Positions 31,567 through 42,985 of a stretch of 64,000 bases of DNA are shown here, piece by piece. The DNA is taken from positions 3,104,001 through 3,168,000 of the forward strand of contig CM000152.2 in assembly GCA_000004695.1 (NCBI GenBank). Reading direction: 5' to 3'. A program made the translations under genes and the position numbers. The stretch comes from Dictyostelium discoideum (taxonomy: Eukaryota). Every line of letters starts with the position of its first letter. Position 1 is the stretch's first letter. Below the pieces are notes generated by a model. The model worked only from the letters and a program-made list of their open reading frames with translations. It was not told the origin of the DNA and did no database searches.

Positions 31567-31878
31567 TAGTTTAAATTTATTATTTTTTATAATAGATTAA
31601 AAATATATATAAAAAAGAAAAATTACACTGTAAATTTATCACTCCAGGAAGGATTTTGAGTTTTTTTATGCACTTTTGTTCTAAACTTTTTCCCATCTAC
31701 AGAGAATTTTATAAATGTATCTTTATCTGTTATATTCTTTGCTTGAAGCCCTATTGGAAATTATAAGTAATATGATCATTTTTTATTAAAAAAAAAAAAA
31801 GAACTTACCCTCAATCATTAATGTTGTTAACCTCGAAAAATTTGGTCTTGGAGATATTGGTGGTGTTGTTGTGGACAT
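25179..31878 (-). CDS. Large C2-domain + DENN-domain + C-terminal WD40-repeat protein (~2175 aa), 3 exons: 31809..31878 (ATG 31878), 31627..31750, 25179..31515.
   Basis: The N-terminus MSTTTPPISPRPNFSRLTTLMIEG|GLQAKNITDKDTFIKFSVDGKKFRTKVHKKTQNPSWSDKFTV|TTTETVDLVLFQIYSQNIIGNDIRVGSIK is C2-domain-like and is split by two introns. The middle has u/DENN signatures (CFPRGINFKTEQPQPSFFPFVLTNETGQRFYASCLTFYE... and ...ICVLSHFPFFSSFRVALNEIYH...). The C-terminus has about 7 WD40 repeats (...GHSEGVLCSTISQ...LKVWDV..., repeated WD dipeptides). It also carries very long poly-N and poly-T/S tracts encoded by (AAT)n. Confidence 0.85.
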
Positions 31879-32183
31879 TTTATATTCTGTCAATTACTTT
31901 TTTTTTTTTTTTTTTTTTTTTTAATGATAAGTTTTTTTTATTTTTTTTTAGGGCGAAATTATTATTATTATTACTATTATAATTTTATTATATATTATTA
32001 TTAATTTATATCCCTATATAGTTTTGATTCAATTAAAAAAAAAAAAAAAAAAGTTATTACAAATTTATTTTTATTACTACTATTATACAATGGAATAATC
32101 CTATTCTGTTTTTAAATGAATCTGATGCGATATTGTTGAAAAAATAAAAAAAAAAAAAATAAAAAAAAAAATTTAAAAAATAG

Positions 32184-32221
<38 letters not shown>

Positions 32222-32364
32222 AAAAAAAAAAAATCTGAAAAAAAAAGGATTATTTGAATTAAAACAAAAAAAAAAATAAAAAAAAATAAAATATAATGTA
32301 TATCTTTATTTATTATTTATTATTTATTTGATGTGATTATTAACTATTTTTTTTAAAAATCTAA

Positions 32365-32399
<35 letters not shown>

Positions 32400-32579
32400 A
32401 TTACTATTTGTGTTTGGGTAATTAATTTGCGCAGTTTGTGTTGCAAAAAAAAAAAAAAAAATAAAAAAATAAAAAAAAATAAAAAAAAAATAAATAAAAA
32501 TAATTAATATTTGAATATAAAAAAATAATTAAACTAATTTTTAATTACAAATTTCATTGTTGTGTATTTTCTTTGTTTT

Positions 32580-32614
<35 letters not shown>

Positions 32615-32904
32615 CATATAAATAATTAAAAATAATTTTCCATTGATTCAATTTCATTTAATTTTTTTTTTCCTAATTAAATCTCCAATACAACCAAATA
32701 TATTTTTAAAAAATTAATATGCACACACACATATATATAAAAAAATTTATATTACCATATAAATTTCATTTTAAAAATTACTATTAACTTATAAAAATAA
32801 ATAAAAAATAAAAAACAAATAAAAAAATAAAAAATAAATAAAATAAGAAATTTTAGGGAATAGAAATTAAAATAAAATTTTATTTTTATTTATTTAATAA
32901 AGAA

Positions 32905-32944
<40 letters not shown>

Positions 32945-32948
<4 letters not shown>

Positions 32949-33289
32949 TCAAAGGAAGTTGCAATATAATCAGCTCTAAGAGAATAACATAAATTTTCTT
33001 CCCAAGTGTAGAAAACAGCATTGAAACCAGTGGTGGTGATATCTTGAGCTTGGACACCACAACGAATTTGGAATGATTTGTCAGGATTTTGACCAGCAAC
33101 ACAATCGATGTGATCCAAAGTTAAGCAAACCTTTGGTGTAGTTCCAAATGGGGCATCGAATTTAACAGGTACAATCACTTCACGTTTACCAACAACTGGT
33201 CTATTCAATAAGCAATCATTACCGGTATATAAGTCTGAACCAGTTTCAATATGACATTTTGTATTTTTTTTTTTAAAAAAATATTTCAA
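32945..33289 (-). pseudogene. H-type lectin (Helix pomatia agglutinin-like) domain ORF with no in-frame Met. Either a pseudogene or a sequencing frameshift, or its first exon is unrecognised.
   Basis: The ORF reads ...[103 protein letters not shown] then stop. It aligns to the HPA/discoidin-II H-type lectin pattern (F..PF..PPVV.L..ID........R......I...GF.A..YTW....YS....I). No ATG codon exists in this frame. The only nearby ATG (aaaATGtcatattga) is +1 out of frame and stops after 3 codons. A TATAAATTAAG box lies ~70 nt upstream. Confidence 0.55.
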
Positions 33290-33753
33290 TTTGTTCTTGG
33301 AAAAAAAAAAAAAAAGTAAAAAAAAACTTAATTTATACCTCCCCCTTTTTTTTTTCGATTCGAATTTGAGATCTTCGTTGAAATAATTTAATTAATTTAA
33401 ATTTTTTAAGTTCAATTTCCTTAATTGGAAAAAAAAAAATAAAAAAAATAAAAAAAAATATTTTAATTACTAAAAAAAGAAAAATGAATATATAAAACAA
33501 AAAAAAATAAAAAGAAAAAAAAAAAAAAAAAAAAAAGTGTGGTGTGGTATCGCCTAAAAATAAAAATGAAAAAATTTATCCGAGTTTATTTTTAATTTAT
33601 CTTTGTGATGTTACTAATTAAAAAAAATGAAAAAAAAAAAAAAAAAATTATTAATTATTTTAAATTAAAATTAAAATATTAAACATATTATACGCATAAT
33701 TTAGAGTAATGCTTTTTTTTTTTTTTTTATTAACAAGTTAAACTTTCTTTTTT

Positions 33754-33791
<38 letters not shown>

Positions 33792-34543
33792 ATGATTATT
33801 AATTCTAAAAAAAAAATTGTTGTGTCTCTTTACGAATGCAGGGGACATTTTATTTTTTTTTTTTTTTTTTCTTCTTTAGTAAAAAAAAGATGGACTCATT
33901 GACACAAAGAAATGATTGGGTGGTTAAATAAAAATTAAAAAAAAAATTCGAAAAAAAAAAAAAAACACAATTTCAACTTTTCTTTTTTTTGTCAAATAAA
34001 CATCCGAAAATAAAGGGCTCTTAACTGAACCCAGTGTCATCTAAAAACTATTTGGTTTTTTTTATTCTGGTCAATTATAAAAAAAGATAAAAAGAGAGAA
34101 AAAAAAAAATAAAAAAAAAAAAATATAAGAAAAAAAAAAAAAATATAAGAAAAAAAAAAAAAAAGAAAGAAAAGTTATTTATAAATAAATTAAATTATTA
34201 TAATTTTTTTTTTTATTTATTTTTATTTTTTTTATTTTTATTTTTAATTTTTTTTTTTTTTTTTTTTTTTTTTAAACAAAGATAAAAATAATTTTTCAAT
34301 TAAAAATTTTTTGGGGTTTTGTTTTTTGATTAAATATATTCATTTTCTAAAAAGTTTTTTTTATTTTAATTTTTATTTTTATTTTTATTTTTTAATCCAA
34401 TTCCACACACAAACAGGTCGGTTTTAAAAAATTATAATTAATTTTTTTATAAAAAGTGTTTTTTTAAAAAAAAGTATTAAAATTAAGGATTAGTTTTTAA
34501 ACATGATTATTTTTAAATTTTAAATTTTTTTTTTTTTTTTTTT

Positions 34544-34591
<48 letters not shown>

Positions 34592-34803
34592 TTTTTTAAC
34601 TTTTTTTTTTTTTATTTTTTTATTTTTTTATTTTTTCGATTACAACATTAAATTAAAAAAAAATATATTTTTATTCGGTATGTGTGGTTAAATTTAAATA
34701 AAAATTTTAATATCTTTTTTTATAAAACTAATTAATTTTTTTTTTTTTTTTTTTTTTAGTTAACCTTTAGTTTCTTAAAGTAAAATTATAAATTAGATTA
34801 ATC

Positions 34804-35214
34804 ATGGGTGCAAAGGTAATTAATATTTATTATTTGATCATTATCTTTATAGTCTTAATACTAATCAAAATATATATATTTTTTTTAAACAGGAACATTT
34901 CATGCCATCAGCAATTCCATCTTTGGAAAAGAATGTTATGATTATATGTGGTATTTTAGATTTCTTCTGTATGTATTTTGAAAATCTAAAAAAAAAAAAA
35001 TCTTAAAAATAACTTTAATTCTAATTTTTTATTATTATCATTTTTTATTTATTTCAATCTAGTTTTTGGTGTTGGTACAATTATTTTAGGTGCTCTCGAT
35101 GACTGTAATGTTTGGTGTGTTCTCATTGGTGTTTTACAATTATGTTTACCATTCGTTGGTTGGTTCTGGTCCATCATTTGGGGTGTTTTAATTCTCTTAA
35201 AAGCATTAGCTTAA
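34804..35214 (+). CDS. Stum / SPEC3-family small two-TM membrane protein (79 aa), 3 exons: 34804..34815, 34893..34968, 35063..35214.
   Basis: ATGGGTGCAAAG|gtaatt..., then ...aaacag|GAACATTTC...TTCTTCT|gtatgt..., then ...tctag|TTTTTGGT... This gives MGAKEHFMPSAIPSLEKNVMIICGILDFFFFGVGTIILGALDDCNVWCVLIGVLQLCLPFVGWFWSIIWGVLILLKALA. It matches the Stum/SPEC3 C-terminal signature (...GLGTI..G......C..LQLLT.PF.VGWIWSI.WG.L...). The exon lengths sum to 240 nt in frame. Confidence 0.7.
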
Positions 35215-35340
35215 ATTATTATTATTATTATAAACTTCATTTACATATAATTACCTTAAACTCCATCATCTCTGTTTGTGATGGTTTTTTTTAAAAAAAA
35301 AAAATAAAAAAAAAAAATAATAAAAAAAAAGAAATGTATT

Positions 35341-35379
<39 letters not shown>

Positions 35380-35656
35380 TTTCTGTGTGATTATTAAAAA
35401 AAAAAAAAAAAAAAAATGTTTATTTTTAGTTTTGTTGGACCGATTATTGATTTGTTTATAAATCTGTTAGATATTAAAAAAAATATCCAAAGCAATTGTT
35501 TTATTTATTCAAAGAAAAAAAATAAAAATAAAAATTATTTAGTATAAGGTTACAACTTTTTTTTATTTTTTATTTTTTATTTTTTATTTTTTTTTTTTTA
35601 AATTTTAAGTTTTTGATCATTGTAAAATATCCCATATCACTTGATAACTTATTATT

Positions 35657-37535
35657 TTAAGTTGTAATAGTTTTTAATAGTATACAACTTGTTTCTATTG
35701 ATGAATTTAAAATTGATAATTTCATTGATTTCGGCTCAAATAAATTTAAATCTAAAATATCACCAATTTTATTTTCTTCAATATTAATACAAGAATTATT
35801 ATTATTATTATTAATTTGGAATAATTGATCAATTAAATCTAAATTTAAATCACTATTTAAAAGTAATAATTTAATAATATCTTTAATTGATTTTTGTAAT
35901 GATTTTATAATTAAAACCTCTTTAATTAAATTTGTTGATAATGATGATGATGATGATGATGATGAATTTTGTTTATTTTTAATTAATTCATTTAATAAAT
36001 TAATTATTATAAATTCAAAATTTGAAGAAGAACCAACAAATTTAAAATCATCATCAATTATAATTGATCTAAATATTGTTAATAATGATTCTAAACCGAG
36101 TTTAGCCTCTTTTAGGAATTTTTTACTTGAGCCTTTCAATATAATAGTTTGAGTATCACTAAATTGACAACCCTCAAATAATTCATATGATTTTTTACCA
36201 ATTATAATTTGTTTATATTTTTTACAAGTTCCATAAAATGATGAATCTAATGATAGATTTTGTAAACTTGATTGAGTATTACCACCAATTGATTTTTTAA
36301 TAAATTCAAATTCATTTATATTATTAATTGAACCAATACAATTAATTTTATTATTATTATTTTGATTTTGGCTACTTATTTTAACAAATTCTTGAATTGC
36401 TAAATCACCAATTACTTTTTTATTTAATATTAAATTTATATTTAAATTGTAAATATTTTCCAATTGTTTTGAAATTAATGATTTCTCTGCATTTATAAAC
36501 TCTAAATAATCATTAACATTTGAAATTTCAATATTTGCAAACTCTTTTTGATGTTTTAATTCAATTTCATAATCTAATAATAATATTTTAGGATTTTCAA
36601 TTACTTTAATTAATTTATCTCTACCTGCAAATGAAAATTTAGATTTTATTAAAATTCCATTTAATAATTTAATTTCAATTTCATCATTATCATCATCATC
36701 TTCCTCTTCTTTTTTTTCATCTTCATCTTCATTATTATTATTATGATCTTCATTACTTGAAATTATAGTTTTAATTTTAATTTTATTTTTATCTAAATTG
36801 GGTAAAATTTTAATTAACTTTTTAAAAATTTTAGAAATTCTTTTAAAATAAATTGATAATATATTTTTTGATAAATTGGTTTTTATAATTGATTCTAATA
36901 ATTGATCATTTTTACCACCACTACTACTAAATATTTCATCTTTTAAATTTATAATAAATCTTTCATTAAAATTATTTTTAATAAATAATCTGCATTCTTG
37001 AAATATATTTAATATTTGATTTATTGAAAATGTTGATGTTGATGAAGATGATGAACCTTTATTATTAATTAATTTTATTGATCTTTTTAATATATTATTT
37101 GTTAATATTATATATTGTGAAACACCACACCCAAATCTATTTTTTATATAATTTGATTGTTGTAATATAATTTTATAATATGGTGAATCATTATTTAATG
37201 ATTTAAATATCAATAGCCCATCTTTTTTTTTTTTTAAAAAAAAAAAATAAAATTTTAAAATTAATATGTTAATGATTTAAAGATTAAAAATAAAAAAATT
37301 AAATAAAAATAATAAAATATAGTAAAGAAAAAAAAAAAAAAAATCTATATTAAATAAACTTACCATTTGTAAATATAATTTTTTGTGTGGAATTAACAAC
37401 ATTATCATTCTCACCCTCATCATTTTTATGATCAAAAACTTGTGATATTAATTTTAATTTACCATGAATTCCAAAACTTGATTCTATAAGTTTCGCAATA
37501 TTATCAATTATTTTAAATTCTTGATAATTATTCAT
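35657..37535 (-). CDS. Highly divergent CCT/TCP-1-like (group II chaperonin fold) protein lacking the canonical GDGTT nucleotide-binding motif. Two exons: ~37363..37535 (ATG 37535) and 35657..~37221. About 580 aa.
   Basis: Exon 1 reads MNNYQEFKIIDNIAKLIESSFGIHGKLKLISQVFDHKNDEGENDNVVNSTQKIIFTNG (compare CCT ...LGPkGmdKml...iTNDGaTIl). Exon 2 reads DGLLIFKSLNNDSPYYKIILQQSNYIKNRFGCGVSQYIILTNNIL..., so RFGCGVSQ sits where GDGTT is expected. Further on are ...FAGRDKLIKVIENPKILLLDYEIEL... (apical-domain pattern kI.nakIlLld..le) and ...ELFEGCQFSDTQTIILKGSSKKFLKEAKLGLESLLTIFRSIIID (compare ...c.TIlLRG......E.eRslhDAl.vvr). Low-complexity N/S/D/E insertions are spread throughout. Confidence 0.7.
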
Positions 37536-37581
37536 AATAAAAAAAAAAAAAAAAAAAAAAAAAAATGGAAAATCAAAAGTG

Positions 37582-37625
<44 letters not shown>

Positions 37626-37942
37626 TTGAGTAAAATTAATTAATTGTAAAAAAAAAAAAAATAATAAACAAAGTAAAATAAAAAAATAAGTAAATAAAAT
37701 GAAATGAATTAAAATATAGAAAAAAATAAAAAAAATTTTAAAAACTTAAAGTTATAAACTTGTAAAAAAAAAAAAATTATTGGTTAAAAAAAAAAATTAT
37801 TGTTAAAAAAAAAAAAAAATTGATAACGAAAAATTTTGATTTTTTTTTTTTTGAAAAAAAAAAAATTTCGAAATCAACCGTGCGGGGAAAAAAAAATGAA
37901 AAATTTCAAATTGTTATTTGTTTGTAGCTAACCAATCACACA

Positions 37943-38654
37943 ATGAAGTATGTCACACTCGTGTTATAATATCACATATCACCCTTTAAATTCACTGTCA
38001 TATATTATATAAAAATTATAATGATAATGCAATAATAATATATCATAAAAGATAATCAACACAATTGAATGATAATTATGATAGATTAAAGATTGATGAT
38101 AGTGGATATAAGATTAAAGATTAAAGAGAAAATTTATAAATAAAATTATATAAATATTAATCATAAACTTTTATTATAGGACCTCTCTTTGCAACTACAG
38201 TGAATTCAAAATCTACCCAGCTCGTGGTATGTATAATAATATTTAGGTTTAGGATTATATAGGATATTAGGCAGGATTTAGGGAATTTTTTATATTAATC
38301 AATCAATCAATTCAATATTTAGGTATGAAATTCGTTAGAGGTGACTCTAAAGTTTTCCACTTTATCAACACTAAAGTTGAATCTCTCTTCTTCAGAAAGA
38401 TCAACCCAAGAGATATTAGATGGTCAATGGTTTACCGTAGAATCTACAAAAACACCACCACTGATGTTTCAGCCAAAAAGAAGGCCAGAAAGACCAAGAA
38501 AGTCGAAAGAAACATCGTCGGTGCTTCATTAGAAGTCATCCAACAAAAACGTGCCCAAAAACCAGAAGTCAAACAAGCTGCTGCCGAACAAGCCAAAAGA
38601 GAAATCAAAGAAAAGAAGAAAGCTGCTGCCAAAAAAGCTGCCCCAAAAAAATAA
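37943..38654 (+). CDS. rpl24: 60S ribosomal protein L24e, 3 exons: 37943..37947 (a 5-nt first exon, ATGAA), 38180..38226, 38323..38654.
   Basis: ATGAA|gtatgt, then ...ttattatag|GACCTCTCTTTGCAACTACAGTGAATTCAAAATCTACCCAGCTCGTG|gtatgt, then ...atttag|GTATGAAATTCGTTAGAGGT... This gives MKTSLCNYSEFKIYPARGGMKFVRGDSKVFHFINTKVESLFFRKINPRDIRWSMVYRRIYKNTTTDVSAKKKARKTKKVERNIVGASLEVIQQKRAQKPE...KKAAPKK. It matches L24e (MK.ELCsfSGyKIYPGhG.r..R.D.kvF.F...KC...f..k.NPR...WT..yRR). The exon lengths sum to 384 nt in frame. Confidence 0.9.
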
Positions 38655-38949
38655 ATGATTAAATAAACGTTGGATCATTATTGTTTTAAAAAAAAAAAAT
38701 ATTATATTTAATTAATTTGAGAAAATTGAATAATTGGTGGATAGGATAAAAATAAAAAAAAAAAAAATTTATTTCAGTGTTTATTTTTAAAAGAAATTAT
38801 TTGTTTTAAAGTTTCTATTTTTTTTTTTTTCCTTTGTTTTTAATTTGATGTTTATTTAAATTTATTAAAGTATATTAAATATTTATAGTTTATTTAAGTG
38901 GAATAATATGTTTTTGAATTTATTATTTTTTTTATGTATTTTTATAAAA

Positions 38950-39430
38950 TGGAAATTTTTTGGCTGTAATCGCTATGTCCAAATGGTTTAATTATTAGCT
39001 ATTACAGTGAGATTCTGTAAAATACTTTTTCATGGATGCGGTTATAGTGAGTTGTGTGTGTAATTCTTTTAATCTCTTCAAAGGGATTTGAGATTTGCCA
39101 ATTTCTACACGGATAGATTTAGGCCAAGTTGGAGATAATAAATATAGGTCTTGATTTTAGTTTTAAATGGATAGGTGCAGCTGTGCTGTAGTTGGTAATG
39201 ATGGATTGGTATTGCCCATTCCGTGGGTATTTTCATTTTTCCAGAAGTGTTTTCTTGTGGTTTGTTGAATTTGGTTAGGTTTCAATTGTCCACTTGTTTT
39301 TTAACTAATTTTTGTTTAATTGGATAGCGCAATTCTGGGTAGCTTCTCATTGAGATGCTAGATCTCATTTTATTTGTAATATATTTATAGGGCCTCTGAA
39401 AGAGGGGGTTAGTTTTCTTACCTTATATTA
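38950..39430. other. About 480-bp GC-richer (~38% G+C) non-coding island between the rpl24 3' end and tRNA-Ser, with no ORF. Candidate remnant of a tRNA-gene-targeting retroelement or an unannotated structured ncRNA.
   Basis: Its composition departs sharply from the flanking AT-rich spacer. It contains hairpin-prone motifs, for example gggCCTCTgaaaGAGGGggtta (a 5-bp stem with a GAAA tetraloop) at ~39389..39410, and AAATTTTTTGG at ~38949. Every frame has stops, and it ends ~180 bp upstream of the tRNA. Confidence 0.3.
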
Positions 39431-39610
39431 TTATTTTTTTTATTTGTTTTTTTTTTTTTTTACAAATGTTCGCAAAAGTTCCCAAATTGGGTGCTTTTTT
39501 TTTCTTTTTTTTTCTTTTTGTTATTATTATGGATGTAGTAATTTTTTTATTACTATTATTTTCAATTTTTAACTAATATTTTTTACTATTATGAAAAAGT
39601 TTTCATCAAA

Positions 39611-39692
39611 GACATCGTAGCAAAGTGGTCTAATGCGTCTGACTAGAAATCAGATCCCTTCGGGGGCGCAGGTTCGAACCCTGCCGATGTCG
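39611..39692 (+). tRNA. tRNA-Ser, anticodon AGA, class II with long variable arm (82 nt).
   Basis: The 7-bp acceptor stem GACATCG pairs with CGATGTC. The D-arm is AGTGGTCTAA. The anticodon stem-loop is CGTCTGACTAGAAATCAGAT, whose loop CT-AGA-AA gives anticodon AGA. The long variable arm is CCCTTCGGGGGCG. The T-arm is GCAGGTTCGAACCCTGC (B-box GGTTCGAACC), then discriminator G. There is no intron. Confidence 0.9.
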
Positions 39693-39718
39693 ATACATTT
39701 TTAATTAGAAGCCTATTA

Positions 39719-39735
39719 CCCGAAGTTCGCATTTC
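39719..39735 (+). promoter_or_regulatory. Possible external B-box-like element ~30 bp downstream of tRNA-Ser (cccGAAGTTCGCAtttc).
   Basis: It resembles the internal B box GGTTCGAANCC (shared GTTCG core). Dictyostelium tRNA genes are known to often carry an extra B box 20-40 bp 3' of the gene. The match here is partial. Confidence 0.3.
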
Positions 39736-40065
39736 TTATGAGGTTATACTCTGCCCACGAATTATTTTAATCTACCAAAATAATAATTGAATTTTAAGTA
39801 AACCTATCGATTCATGTTTTTTTACTTCAATGGGCAAATATCGATATATTGAAAGAAAAGAAAAAAAAAAATATTTGTTAATAATTTTTGAAATTTCTTT
39901 TTTTTTAAAACTAAAAATCAATTCAATCATTCAATATAGTTATAAAGAAGGTTCTGTTGCTGACGAGTCATAGAAATGTATCAAGTACACATGCTGTTCT
40001 TTCTTGTAATATTGGTGAATTAATATTATCAATTTCTAAATATTACAATATTATGGAAAATTGAA

Positions 40066-40302
40066 ATGTGGAAATCTGTATCTTTGATTTGTAAATCCAT
40101 TTTTAATAAATTAAAATTGCAACATCAACAACAACAACAACTTCATGAAAAAGAGGATCACTTTTTAAAACATCTGCAATATGATGAAAATGTTTTATTT
40201 TCAAAAAATATAGATGCAAAATCATTATCTAAAATGCATTTACAAACTGATAATAAAGAAAATTTTACCACTTCAATTATGAATCCATTATGCAATTTAT
40301 AA
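40066..40302 (+). CDS. Hypothetical 78-aa ORF (MWKSVSLICKSIFNKLKLQHQQQQQLHEKEDHF...). Weak call.
   Basis: It starts with ATG, shows non-repetitive codon usage and is not antisense to another gene. There is no homology or recognisable promoter. Confidence 0.2.
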   Translation: MWKSVSLICKSIFNKLKLQHQQQQQLHEKEDHFLKHLQYDENVLFSKNIDAKSLSKMHLQTDNKENFTTSIMNPLCNL

Positions 40303-40888
40303 ATATTAAATAATAGTAATGTAAACAATTCGATAATATTAATTCAGGTATACCAGAGAAATTTTTGATACATTCAAAATCAAAAAAAAAAAATTTTGAT
40401 CAACTAGTTTAATTTTTTTATTTTTTATGTAGCTCCCTTTAATAAAAATACCGAATTTTTTTTTTTTTGTTTTTTTCCCCACCATTCTTGTTTAATTAAA
40501 AAAAATAAAATAAAATAAAATCCACTTATTCTGCCACCAAAATAAATTTTTAATCTGAAATCATTTGTTTCGTTTTTTTTTTTTTTTTTTTTTTTTTAAA
40601 ATTTTGTTAAAGATTTTTAATACCTGATGTCATTTGTTTTATTTTTTTTGCAAAACTTTATTTTTTTTTGGTTTCTAAAAAAAAAAAAAAACGGTTCGAG
40701 TTGTTTTCCACCTCATAACAAAACGTTTTTCCCACCTAGCTGTGGCGTTTAAAAAAAAAAAAATGAAAATAAAAATCCCACAACCCGGGTTACATAACGA
40801 ATTTGATCAATTTTTTCCACTATAAATTGTTTTTTTTTTTATATATTTTTTTTTTATTATTTTTTACATTATAAACAAAGAATAAAAA

Positions 40889-42276
<1,388 letters not shown>

Positions 42277-42637
42277 CAACTTTGTTTTAAATGCATGGGC
42301 TTTTATTTAAAAAAATAATAAAAAAAATTATTTAAAAAAATTTTAATATTATCTAGTTTTTATTTTAATTCTAAAAATAGTTATTTTTAAAAATTTAATA
42401 ACTTTACTATTAATGGTTATTTCTAAATTGTTAATAATAATTTAATTTTTTAAAAAATTTCATAATATTTTATTTTTATATATTTAATAAAAAAATTGAA
42501 AGAGTTTTTAATTATATATATATATGTATATATTTTTTTTTTTTTTTTTAAATTGTTTATTTGATTTGATTTTTTATTTTTATTTTTTATTTTTTTTAAT
42601 ATATTTATAAATTTAAATTTTGAATAAAAAAAAGGAT

Positions 42638-42914
42638 TTAACCCAAGATAACCTTTGTTTTACCGCCAGAAGTTCTCTTTTTAAGTTGTTTTTGATATTC
42701 TTTCTCATCTTTCTTTCTTTGTTGTTCAGGAGTTAATTTACCAATTGCTTCTTTTTCTTTTAATTTCTTTTCGAATTTCTTTTTTTGAATTTCTTCTTGT
42801 CTTTCTAATTGAGCTTGTTTTTCAATATTTTCTTTTGCTTTATCTCTAAGTTTATCTGCTTTTGCTTTATACTATTTAATTATTAGTTAAATGTAGGTAT
42901 ATATATTGAAAATA

Positions 42915-42985
<71 letters not shown>

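Noticed and set aside
39414-39428. CTTACCT motif resembling the U1 snRNA 5' end.
   Set aside because: The downstream sequence is an AT-rich spacer with no Sm site or stem-loops. It is a chance match.
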